Of a DNA stretch of 64,000 bases, positions 38,985 to 50,835 are shown one piece after another. This DNA is from Octopus sinensis. Lineage: Eukaryota. The stretch spans positions 50,034,001 through 50,098,000 of the forward strand of contig NC_043003.1 of the NCBI RefSeq assembly GCF_006345805.1, in the 5' to 3' direction. Positions within the stretch are counted from its first letter, which is position 1. Every line of letters begins with the position of its first letter. Both the position numbers and the translations under genes were made by a program. The notes beneath the pieces are model-generated. The model had not been told where the DNA came from. It did not search any database and saw only the letters and a list, made by a program, of their open reading frames with translations.

Positions 38985-39325
38985 TCATGCTGAGACCCCC
39001 TTCGGTCATGACTGACCATGGGATTGCACCTAGAAAGTTACCCTCGCAAGACACAAGTCCGGGCAAGGTTGTTTATAGAAGACCAGCAGCCGCCCATGGA
39101 TACCGGCCTCCCCTTTCCACGCCACCAGTGTTATCCGAGGGAAAGGCAAAGGCTGATACAGCTTGGCACCTGTGACGTCGCAACTCATTTCTACAGCTGA
39201 GTGAACTGGTGCAACGTGAAATAAAGTGTCTTGCTCAAGAACACAACTCTCAGCCCGGTCCGGGATTCGAACTCACAACCTCACGATCGTAAGCTCGACG
39301 CTCTAACCACTGAGCCATGCACCTT
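38985..39325 (-). mobile_element. SINE-B full-length, tail type i
   Basis: Antisense of 27077-27352 plus the 3' end tctaggtgcaatcccatggtcagtcatgaccgaagggggtctcagca. Confidence 0.9.
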
Positions 39326-39362
39326 CATACATTTAAACGTAGACTACCATTAATAAGATATT

Positions 39363-40361
39363 CTTTTCTACTCTAAGCACCAGTCTAGTAATTTTGGGGA
39401 TGAGGGGGCCAGTCGATTAGATCAACCCCAGTATGCAATTGGTATTTAATTTATTGACTCCGAAAGAGATGAAAGGCAAAGTAGACATCAGCAGAATTTG
39501 AACTCAGAACGTAAAGACAGATGAAATACCTATTTCTTTACTACCCACAGGGGCTAAGCATAGGGGACAAACAAGCAGGACAACTAACTGATTAAGTCGA
39601 TTATCATCGACCCCAGTGCGTAACTGGTACTTATTTAATCTACCCCGAAAGGATGAAAGGCAAAGTCGACCTCGGCGGAATTTGAACTCAGAACGTAGCG
39701 GCGGACGAAATACCACAAAGCATTCGCCCGGCGTGCTAACGTCTCTGCCAGCTCGCCGCCTTATGGGAAGAAAAATATTCTTCTCTACTCTAGGCACAAG
39801 GCCCGAAATTTTTGAGGAGGGGTCTAGTAGATTAGCTCGACCGCGGAACGCAATTGGTACTTAAGTTATCGACCCCGAAAGGATGAAATGCAAAGTCAAC
39901 CTCAGCAGAATTTGAACTCAGAACGTAAAGACAGACGAAATACCTATTTCTTTACTATCCACAAGGGGTTAAACACAGAGAGGACAAACAAGGACAGACA
40001 AACGGATTAAGTCGATTATATCGACCCCAGTGCGTAATTGGTACTTATTTAATCGACCCCGAAAGGATGAAAGGCAAAGTCGACCTCGGCGGAATTTGAA
40101 CTCAGAACGTAGTGGCAGACGAAATACCGCTAAGCATTTCGCCCGGCGTGCTAACATTTCTGCCAGCTCACCGAATTATATTCTTTTCTACACTTGGCAC
40201 AAGGCCCGAAACTTTATGCAACTGGTACTAAATTTATCGATCCCGAAAAGGATGAGAAGCAAAGTCGACCTCGGTGGAATTTGAACTCAGAACGTAAAGA
40301 CAGACGAAACACCGCTAAGCATTTCGCCCGGCGTGCTAACGTTTCCGCCAGCTCGCCGCCT
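39363..40361 (-). mobile_element. SINE-A chain (dimer + dimer + monomer) inside one 18-bp TSD
   Basis: Five cores head-to-tail; flanks taccattaataagatatt (39345-39362) and taccattaataatatatt (40362-40379). Confidence 0.9.
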
Positions 40362-40783
40362 TACCATTAATAATATATTGCAAAACCATGAACATGTTCG
40401 CAGTCTTTTCTATAGGAACAGGAACACCTTAAGTGTACAAGCCACTTAACAGAAACCTAATTAAACAACTTTTCAACTTTGATGTAAACATGATTGTTAA
40501 GTAAGAGATAGCGTAATGAAATATGCTAACATTAACTTGACTATTGTTTTACATACGGATGGCGTCTCCGAGTAGTGTTAATTGTTGTTTTTTTTTTCTA
40601 ATATAATTCCATTCAGATCTAGAATGATTTATAGGGATTATTAAGACGATATCTGTTCTTGTTTAGCGATTTATTTTATAAAACACCAGATACAGTAAAC
40701 AGCTTACGCGCGCACATAGACTAGGGCACATCATCAAAATTCAATAACACACAATCATGTAGAGTCGCACGTATTTACGCACG

Positions 40784-40850
<67 letters not shown>

Positions 40851-40967
40851 CTCAAACATCACTATAACGACCAGACGATCGAATGTTGTTATACGTCGTT
40901 GGTCTCAGCGTTGTACCTTTCGAATGGTGGCAGCCCACCGGTTAGACGGCCTAGCCAACATTTGCCT

Positions 40968-41067
40968 ATACATACATACATACATACATACATACATACA
41001 TACATACATACATAACATACATACATACATACATACATACATACATACATACATACATACATACATA
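40968..41067. repeat. (TACA)n microsatellite
   Basis: Direct reading. Confidence 0.95.
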
Positions 41068-41073
41068 CTTACA

Positions 41074-41160
41074 TGCTGCTGAGACCCCCTTCGGTCATGA
41101 CTGACCATGGGATTGCACCTAGAAAGTTACCCTCCCAGGACCAAGTACAGGCAAGGGTAG
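41074..41160 (-). mobile_element. SINE-B 3' tail fragment
   Basis: tgctgagacccccttcggtcatgactgaccatgggattgcacctagaaagttaccctc matches 38987-39044. Confidence 0.85.
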
Positions 41161-41389
41161 TTTATGAAACTAGGTTCTTTGGAACTTGGAGTTCGCTAAT
41201 GTACATGAGAATGAGATTGGAAAGAAGAGAAGACAAAGCTCTATAAGTGCCCCACCCCATACATCTTTCCTTCTGTGTACTTCCACCTATTTTCCGTTCG
41301 GGTAATAATAAATTCTCCCTGAACCGATGTCACATAAAGACCGAGTATTTCACCATTCTTAAACAATCTAGAAACGTCTAATATATTGT

Positions 41390-43320
41390 GTTATTGAAGA
41401 TTACACTTGAGATATCCACAAATTAAGAATAATTATATTTCTAGTGTATGTACCAAACTCCAGCTATGGCATTCATTATTCACAGGAATTCTTTGACAAC
41501 TTTCAAGAAGTAATAAATTATCTTCCACCAAACGAAGAATTTTTATAATGGGAGATTTTAATGCTGTAATTGGAAATGATAAGAATGAAGACTGGACACG
41601 AGTTATGCGAAAATATAGAATTGGAATTCATAATGAAAGAAAATTAAATCTTCTCCAATTTTGTACAATTAATAATCTCATTTACTCTAATTGTATATTC
41701 ACACGCAACGAGTGTAAGCGTTTATATATATGGATTTGAGCAGACTGACGAACGAAAAGTCAGAGAGAGATTGCAAATTAATTGCCTGCCAAGGTGATGG
41801 AAATCCCACCTGAAAAACTGTAGAACATAATTCTGCGGAAACAGGGTCTCATTATTCGCTAGAAATGGCAAGCATTAACATTCTGTCAAAAGTACGACAT
41901 AGGACATACACGAAATCTTTTTTAAATGCTGCATTCTAGAGAAACTATGCACACATATTCACCTATACACAAACATACACATACACACACACGCACACGC
42001 GCGTAAACACCCCCACACACATACATACACATGCGCGCGCACACAATATACACACACGCACACAAGCACACACACACAAGCACACACACACTCACACACA
42101 CACCACACACACACAAACACACACACACACACGCACATAAGCACATGTCCATCACAGAAATTTGAAATTGAAGTTGTATGCCGATTAGATGCGTTTTCAG
42201 AGCAAGATGGTACGGAGAATTTTCGGAGAATTTTCGGAGAATTTTTTTCATACAATCAAAAAATATTGTGCATTACATAGCAGGAGAAGAAATTGGCATC
42301 AAAAAACACCGACAGACAAATGGAAGTTCTATCGGCAGACGCTGTAGATATGTGTGATAAAAACGAAAGTAAGCGAAATCGCATATGATTGCCTTTCAAC
42401 ATAACACCGATTTCAGAAATAGATATAAAGAATTAAACAAAAATCCAAAAATACTTGAGAGACAACAGAAGAATAAAAATCTAATAACCAAAAATACAAG
42501 TAAAAAAGAACGCTTTCTAAAGAAATAAATACATATTAGCTATTTCAGCGAACCAGACAACTGGAAGGAGGGAAAATCTCGAAATGGTGTTGGTAGTAAA
42601 AGAGTCGCAAGGAATGCTGCAAGTGAAACAAACAATGCATTAATCAGATGATGAATGCATTTTGAAAAGCATTTCAGTACACAATTCTTTGATAAAGATG
42701 AAACTTAATGCGAGATAGACCAAATAACATTGATTATGGCATAGGAAACTTCTCACCAATCACTAAAATAAATAAGTCGAAAATGCTATTAAATAGTTTA
42801 AAACAGAAAATGGGTAAGATCAAGATACGCCAGGTATGGGTAGCACACAGACAGTAATAATCAATACAAGCTAGTTCTGTAATGATAAAGACATAAAAAT
42901 TGTTTAATCAAATCATTACAAAAGAAAAGTCTCCCTACAGACTGGTCAATAATAATAGCGAACCTCATCCATAAGGAAGGAAATAAATTGAATCCAGAAA
43001 ATAATATTACTTTCAATTCCAGGAAAAGTATTTTATGAGATTCTACTAAGCAGATGTGCACCAATAACCATAAGAAGCTTAAGCGAAACGCAATGTGGTT
43101 TTTAGACCAGCAAGAAGAACAATTGATGCAGTCTTTATTGCCTGTCAAGAATCAGAAAAAGGCAGGGAGACATAAAATTCCACTGCATTTTCATTTCATT
43201 ACTTTTAAATTAGTTTTCGATACAATATAACGGAAAGCGCCATAGAAGGTGTTGTTGTAGATACGAGATCATCAAAAGATTGCGTCAGTTATAAAATACA
43301 TGTACACAATGTGCTGTACA
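41390..43320 (+). mobile_element. Degraded RTE-clade LINE (APE endonuclease + RT), interrupted by microsatellite
   Basis: MGDFNAVIG...NERKLNLLQFCTINNL (APE); IPGKVFYEIL, ETQCGFRPARRTIDAVF (RT) across frames. Confidence 0.8.
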
Positions 43321-43734
43321 CCTTAGAGAACTTGCGCTGATTGGTTTTGAGTAATTGCTGAAGCTAAACAATGATGTATTACGTCACCGAGCTTCTTTAA
43401 TATTTTCCCTATTAGCTAACCAACCAAACCAAACCAATATAAACCAAACCAAACTAAATCAAACTAAACCAACCAGCCTACCAGCCAACCAACCAACCAG
43501 CCAGCCAGTTAACCAACAAATCCACCAACCAACCAATTTAATAACTGTCTAACTAATATGTACAAACACATTGATGGAAGTGTTTCCCTTTCAAGCACAT
43601 ATACATACACTTGTATTTCGTATGCATGCATGCATCCATCCTTCCATTCATACGTCCACCCATCCATCCATCCATCCATCCATCCATCCATGCATGCATG
43701 CAAACATACATACATACATACATACATACATACA

Positions 43735-43766
<32 letters not shown>

Positions 43767-44625
43767 CTCAGAGATGTAGTAAAGCAAGGAAACTATATCA
43801 AGAATTTCAATCAAAATCAATCAGCATTGTAGAGTGAAAAGAGAGGGCAATCAATGAAGGTTATAGAGGGTCCTTCCCATGAAGTTATGAATTCATTCTG
43901 AGAGAAAGTTTGGGGAGAGGGAAAAAGGATTTAATGAAGATGCAGTCTGGTTAGAAGTAGTGCTGTCCTTGCATTGCATCACAAGCATAAGAATATCAAT
44001 GGCGATATTCTTCAGACTGTGATAGGAAAGTATCAGGATAAAACAGGGCATGAAAGGGCCTTGATTGTCGTCTACTCAATAAAAAAACGTGACCTTCTAT
44101 TGAGGGTATTTTATTGATCTTTACCAGCTTTCTGTCAATGGAGGTATAAATATAGCAAGTTTTTGGTATTGGCAAAAATACAAATCTGATACCGGGAAAA
44201 AAAAATCATTCATACGGTTTAGAATTTGTCATAAATGAATGCGTAAAATGCACGCAGTACATCCAAAACTACTCCCTCTGGATCATAATTGTGATAGTAA
44301 TACTATCTCCACGACTGAACACGCAGCTTAAGAAACGATATGAAGTTTGAGAATGTATTGGGCAATTTGATCTATTAAACAAAACTATAGTGTGAGCTGT
44401 TCGTCGGCATAGGAAAAAATTTAGCTGCAGAGGGCTGGATTACAAGAAGACTGTTGGCTCTATCGCTCCACTCCTTAATGCTAGAGATCCTTCAACTAGA
44501 ATGGAAGGTATGATAATCAGAGCGTGTTGGGTAATCATCATGAAATTAAATACAGAAGGTCATTGAACTGCATATTGTTCCTGATAGGAAAAAGTATCCT
44601 CTCAGGGTGTATTTCAAGGTGACGA

Positions 44626-44741
44626 TTTCTTCTTCTTCTTCTTCTTCTTCTTCTTCTTCTTCTTCTTCTTCTTCTTCTTCTTCTTCTTCTTCTTCTTCTT
44701 CTTCTTCTCCTTCCATTTTTCTTCTTCTTCTTCTTCTTCTT

Positions 44742-44772
<31 letters not shown>

Positions 44773-44780
44773 TTCTTCTT
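44626..44780. repeat. (TTC)n microsatellite
   Basis: Direct reading. Confidence 0.97.
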
Positions 44781-45614
44781 TGTGTGTATGTGTGTGTGTG
44801 TGTGTCTGTGTCTAAGTGAACACTTTGTCCTTAATCTTCAGAGTACGTATTTAACTCGCAGGAAAACAGAAACATCACCCTGACATGTAGTTTCTTTGTG
44901 GTTGTCCTGAAAATACATGCCAAAAATATGAACGATACGAAGACGCACTTTGACCTCGTTGGGACATTCTCAGAGGATATAGAAATGAAGTTCGGTCTCA
45001 AACATCTCTACTTGGTTATAAAACGAGGGGTAATTATAAGCTTGTGAGAAACATCTCTATCAATGGCCAAGCTATTTCTCCGATATCTGGCGAGGAATGT
45101 TGTTGGAATCTAGGGATAGGACTTATAACACAAAACGCATTATGAAGGAATATAATACTCGGATGAAAATTATAGTCTTTTGTACTATATATTAGTTTAC
45201 TGTGCGAATACTTATACCAACATTTTGGTTTTACGATTGGACGCTAGATGAGATTCGAGCAATTGATGTTAAGAACCAGAAAGTCATTAACCACCACCAG
45301 ATATTTGCCATCGATAGTAATAATAAATGATGCAGAGCCTTAGCGTCGATTCAATCATCCTTCCAGTGCCACATCATATATCTTCGTTAACATTTACTAA
45401 CGATTAAGTGTTAAAGCGCATCCAGCGATCAAATCTACGTAAATAAGGCAGATGACATCATGAGAGTTAGAAAGAAGTTCTTGCGAACGTGTTCCTTGGC
45501 TGATGACCCGGAATTCGTACGTAGAAGTTGCTTCACTCAGCCACAACACAGCTTCGGATGAAAAGCTTTTTCCTTATCAGCATGTTATGTATGGATGGCA
45601 AGATGGATTATAGG

Positions 45615-45830
45615 TGGCGAGTTGGCGAAATTATTAGCGCGTTGGATAAAATGCTTAACGACATTTCTTCCGGCTCTTTACCTTCTGAGTTCAAATACTG
45701 CCCAGGGTAATTTTGCCTTTCGCCTTTCAGTGTCAATAAAACAAAGTACCAGTCATGTACCTGTGACGATGTAATTGACTAGCTCCTCCCTTTGAAACTG
45801 CTGGCCTCGTGCCAAAATTTGAGACCATTT
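45615..45830 (+). mobile_element. SINE-A copy, diverged
   Basis: ggcgagttggcgaaattattagc...gttcaaatactgcc...gctggcctcgtgccaaaatttgag. Confidence 0.7.
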
Positions 45831-47115
45831 TGTCGTCAGAAAACTACAAAGTGAACAATTACGTACATTACTACAGAGGTCAAGCTCGAATCAACAGCAA
45901 TTTTGTTAACTCTCATTTTGAAAGTTATACTTTAGCAACCTCAGAACAAGAAATAACAACGAAATGCTAGAGTTATAAAAGAATTAAGAGTGCAAGTATG
46001 TGATGCAAGCTTTGTTGATTTATCATCAAAATGTTAAATCACATCCTCACGTAATAAACTGCTCTTCAAATACGATTCTATCTGCCGGTATAGCATGATG
46101 CCGTGACGAGAAGATAATTCAATATAATCCATAGAACGGCTAGTGCCGAAAACAGAAATATATGATGCCACATCAATGCAGAAAGTATAGTCACATATCT
46201 TTTATCTTTTACTTGCTTCAGTCATTGGACTGCGGCCATATTTAGTATTTCTAAAAGTCTGGTACTTACTTTCCAGTTTCTTTTGCCGAATGGCTAGGTC
46301 ACGATGACGTATGGCTAGGTCATGATGACGTAAACAAACGCGGTGAGGTATTGGTGATGCGGGCAAACAGACAGAAACACACACAAACAGAGAGAAACAC
46401 ATACACACACACGCACACACACAGACACACACACAGACACACACTCACTCACGAAGTTGTCTGTCAAATTCATTCACGTATAGTTTCTATCTATCAAATT
46501 CATTCACAAGCTTTAGTCGGCCCAGGGTCATAGTTAGAAGACATTAGCCGAAAGTGCCGCTCTGTCGGACTGAACCCGAAACTTCGTGGCTTCAAAGCGA
46601 GACATCTCCACACCTATATACAGCTATGCTTAATAAAACCAGCGGAATGTTTCTGCCAAACTTCTAAAATGCAAATATAGACAGAACAGACAATCTAAGA
46701 CAGAGAAGAGACGCTGTGCATAATAGAAGGAAATCGGTTGCCCAGCACACGTTAATACAAGATTAAAATAATGAAAGAAAACTTCTACATCAAACTAACG
46801 AGATATACCCGGACATTACAACCATATTATAACTAGATTAGAGCCAGTGATTGGAGGTCGTGGTTATGTAACTATCAGCCTCAACACTAATCTTATGAAG
46901 TTGAATAGAGAAAAGAAACGTATATACGGTGTTGGTGTGTTTACGTCCCCGTAGGCCAGCCGTTCGGCAAAAGAGACCGAGAGAATAAGCACTAGAATTA
47001 CAAAGAATTAAGTCTTGGGGTTGATTTGTTCGATTAGAACCCTTCATGACGGTACTCCAGCATGGCTGCCGTCAAATGACTGAAACAAGCAAAATAAATA
47101 AATAAATAAAAGAAT

Positions 47116-47154
<39 letters not shown>

Positions 47155-47485
47155 TAAATACATTATACTGCGTTTGTAACACAGAAAACACGCATATAAC
47201 CTTTCCCGGCTGTTCTGTCCTATGCACAAACTCATACAGACACACAGGGACATACTTATACAATAAATACCTTCAATTGCATTTGGTAAGGCAAACATTC
47301 TCAATATCTGTACGCAAGCGCACATATTTACACACACGCACACACACACACACACATACACATTGCTATATACAAGTGTGTGTGTGTGTATGTAAACTGT
47401 GTATATAATTGTGCTTGCATGAATGTGTTTATGTACCAGCCTATTGCTCCCTCCTCCTCTCTGTCACTCTCTCTTTCTCACAAAT

Positions 47486-47550
<65 letters not shown>

Positions 47551-47754
47551 CTCAGCTGATCAGAAGACTCCAAACAATGTACTAATTCATAGACCTAGTT
47601 CACAGTCTATATACAACGAGACCAACCTATCTTAATGGCCATTAAGTAAAGCAAGACAGAAAGAACAGTGTGTCAATTGTAGTAATTTCAGAAGAAGGAA
47701 GAAAAGAAAGGACATTGTCTGTTTCCTTATTCACTACTACAATAAAGAAGGGGA

Positions 47755-48122
47755 CAGAAGAAGAAGAAGAAGAAGAAGAAGGAAGAAGAAGGAGAAGAAG
47801 AAGGAGAAGAAGAAGGTGAAGAGGAAGAAGAAGAAGAAGAAGGTGAAGAGGAAGTAGAAGAAGAAGAAGAAGAAGAAGAAGAAAAAGGAGAAGGAGAGGA
47901 AGAAGAAGGAGAAGAATAAGGAGAAGAAGAAGAAGAAGAGAAGAGGTGGTGAAGAGGAAGAAGAAGAAGAAGGTGAAGAGGAAGAAGAAGGTGAAGGGGA
48001 GGAAGAAGAAAAAGGAAAAGAAAAGGAGAAGAAGAAGAAGAAGGAGGAGGAAGAGGAGATGATGATGAAGAAGAAGTAGAAGAAGAAGAAGGAAAAGAAG
48101 AAGAAGAAGAAAGAGATGGAGG
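47755..48122. repeat. (GAA)-rich polypurine tract
   Basis: Direct reading; the S/F-rich minus-strand ORFs are by-products. Confidence 0.93.
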
Positions 48123-48512
48123 AGGTGGTGTAAACAAAAGTGACTTTGTTCACTATGAAGCTTTATCCGAATTGAATAATGATAATGATGATAATGATGG
48201 TTTTTGTGGACAGCGGGGATCGGTCAATTAAATGGACATTAATAATTGACTAGTACAGGAGATCTCAACCAGGGTCTATATGGGCCCTGGGGTCCACTCA
48301 AGAAAATAGTAAATTAAGGGATCCACAATAGTATTTTAAAAGCCCCTGAAAAACATTTTGCTTTAGCTCAGTGGTTCTCAAACATTTTGGACCACAGCCC
48401 CCAAAATACCCTCAGCGCCCCCACCCTTATTTTTATGTATAAATAAATATTTTATATTTTAATAATTTATACATACTATGAATCATTTGATATTTAATAC
48501 ATTATATAATTT

Positions 48513-48738
48513 AAGGCGGCGAGCTGGCGGAAGCGTTAGCATGCCGGGCGAAAGGCTTAGCGGCATTTCGTCTGCCGTTAGGTTCTGAGTTCAAATTCCA
48601 CCGTGGTCGACTCTGCCTTTCATCCTTTCTGGGTCGATTAAATAAGTACCAGTTAAGCACTGGGGTCGATGTAATCGACTTAATCCCTTGTTTGTGCCCT
48701 CTATATTTAGTCCCTTGTGGGCAATAAATAAAAAAAAT
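48513..48738 (+). mobile_element. SINE-A monomer, well preserved
   Basis: aaggcggcgagctggcggaagcgttagc...cccttgtgggcaataaa. Confidence 0.9.
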
Positions 48739-48853
48739 ATTATAAGAGATAATGGTGTCATTGAGACCCCTTGCATCTATTTTCTTTCCTCCACCTCACT
48801 CTCTATTTTGTATCACATCTATACTAACTATGACTTAACTATCCTCTCACACC

Positions 48854-48905
48854 GTCTCCGATGAAGGTATATAATTAATAAATATCCCAGAAACAGCTGT
48901 AAGAC
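48854..48905 (+). ncRNA. Degenerate minimal type I hammerhead ribozyme
   Basis: Stem I gtct/agac; ccgatga (CUGAUGA with U4C); stem II gg.ata/tat.cc; GAAA 48890-48893; palindromic stem III acagctgt; cleavage triplet GUA (48899-48901); AATAAA at 48914. Confidence 0.7.
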
Positions 48906-49534
48906 CTTCTATCAATAAATGCTCTAAAATCTACACAGTCTTGGTTTTTTTTATCTTATTACGCAAAAAATTCTTAAATATAATATTATATATTTTGCAT
49001 ACAATACTATAATAATATCATAAATTCATAGCATCCCCCAATCCACTGCTTTCTTTCCAATGACTCCTCTTTCTGTACCGCCCCCACCCACAAATACACG
49101 GCCCTGTTAGACACCAGCGACCACCTAGACCCTCTCAACGCCCAGCGTGGGGCGGTAGCGCCCACTTTGAGAACCAATGCTTTAGATGTATGTATTGCAA
49201 GAAACAGCCAGGTTTTTTTTTTCTGTAACATTTTACATAGTTCAACCTACCCAAATTCATGTGTGTAAAACAAAATAGGAATTTTGAAAGAAGTCTCTAT
49301 AAAACTATGGCGTCCACCAGAATAAAATAGTGATCAAAGGGGTCGATAGGGTAAAAAATTGTTGAGAGGCCCTGGACTAGTATATATATTTTAGTGATCC
49401 CAGAATGATGAAGAACAACGTCGATCTCGGTGTGATTTGAATACAGAGCGTTAAAGGAGGAAGTTGACGCAAGACAAGCAGATGAGGGGCCATTGTAGGA
49501 CGTATGCAAAAACACTGAGGATTAAAGTGTATCT

Positions 49535-50370
49535 TGTATCTTTATTTTTTGTTTCAGACATTAGACTGTGGCCATGCTGGAGCACCGCTCTGAAGAATTT
49601 TAGTCGAATGAATCGACCCAAAATCTTTTTTTTTTTAAAGTCTGGTACTTATTCTAGCAATATCTTTTGTCGAATCGCTGCGTTATGGATATGAAAGCAC
49701 ACCAACACCGGTTGTCAAGCGGTTTTAGAGGACAAAGACACACACACACACACACACATACACATAGATATATACGACGGGCTTCTTTCAGTTTCTTATT
49801 TCTTTATTGCCCACAAGAGACTACACACAGAGGGGACAAACAAGGATAGCCAAACGGATTAAGTCGATTATATCGATCCCAGTGCGTAACTGGTACTTAT
49901 TTAATCGACCTCGAAAGGATGAAAGGCAAAGTCGACCCCGGCGGAATTTGAACTCAGAACGTAACGGCAGAAGAAATACCCATTTCTTTAATAACCCCAA
50001 GGGGGTAAACATAGAGAGGAGAAACAATGACTGACAAACAGATTAAGTCGATTATATCGACCCCAGTGCGTAACTGGTACTTATTTAATCGACCCTGAAA
50101 GGATGAAAGGCAAAGTCGACCTCGGCGGAATTTGAACTCAGAACGTAACACCAGACGAAATACCGCTAGCGTTTCTGCCAGCGCGCCGCCCGGCGTGCTA
50201 ACGTTTCTGCCAGCTCGCCGCCTTGGACTCCTTTCAGTTTTTGTCTACCAAATCCACTCACAAGGCTTTGGTCGGCCCGAGATTATGGCAGAATAAACTC
50301 CCCACCACAGAGCAGGATTGAGCTCGGAGTCATGTGGTTGGGAAGCTTCTTACTAGACAGCCACGCCTGC
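49535..50370 (-). mobile_element. SINE-C interrupted by a SINE-A dimer
   Basis: SINE-C breaks at gggcttctttcagtttc (49779-49795) and resumes at ggactcctttcagtttt (50225-50241). Confidence 0.85.
49796..50224 (-). mobile_element. SINE-A dimer with a duplicated head segment
   Basis: Junction at 49979/49980; gcgtttctgccagcgcgccgcc repeated in the head; degenerate 17-bp TSD. Confidence 0.9.
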
Positions 50371-50510
50371 GCGGGGATAAGTATATCATGAGATCCCATA
50401 TAAGGGTCAATCCTAATAACGCTGACTACCAAAAGAGAAAGAAGTTCCTCCTCTCTGTTGTTGCTTCTCATCAACAGTTGCAGATTCGCGTTATGATTAT
50501 TCAACCACTC

Positions 50511-50835
50511 TGTGAAGACATGGCTTCGTGGTTAGGACATTCGGTTCGTGACCATAAGATCATGAGTTCGATTCTCAGTGGTGCGTTGTATCCTCGAGCA
50601 AAACACTTTATTTCACGTTGCTCCAGTCCACTTAGCTGGCAAAAATGAGAAGTACCTATATTTCAAAAGGTCAGCTTTATCACATTATGTGTCACGCTTA
50701 ATCTCTCTGAGAACTACATTAAGGGTTCGATTGTGGAGTGAGTGCTAAGCTACTTGCACGGTAATTTCTCAAGCAGGCTGTTCCGTTGATCGGATCAACT
50801 GGAACTCGTGTCGTTGTAGCCGACACAGTGCCAGT
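50511..50835 (+). mobile_element. SINE-B, tail type ii
   Basis: Head, core, then aagtacctatatttcaaaagg...gctgttccgttgatcggatcaactgg; homologous to 62065-62390. Confidence 0.85.

Larger units (their letters stand above)
43860..46840 (+). mobile_element. Heavily degraded RLE-type (R4/Dong-like) LINE, split by SINEs and microsatellites
   Basis: LDYKK (about 44436), GVFQGD (about 44605), LKIHAKN...FSEDIEMKFGL (about 44910-45000), SHFESYTLATSEQEITTK (about 45915-45970), RLE-like remnant (about 46690-46830), in collinear order. Confidence 0.65.
48369..49179. mobile_element. hAT/Charlie-type MITE (inner)
   Basis: TIR cagtggttctcaaa vs tttgagaaccaatg; TSD ctttagct (48361-48368) and ctttagat (49180-49187). 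Confidence 0.88.
48256..49374. mobile_element. hAT-type MITE (outer), perfect 8-bp TSD
   Basis: TIR caggagatctcaac vs gttgagaggccctg; TSD gactagta at 48248-48255 and 49375-49382. Confidence 0.85.

Noticed and set aside
46290-46331. 21-bp tandem duplication (similar doublet near 63585-63625)
   Set aside because: Ordinary slippage duplication with no further structure.
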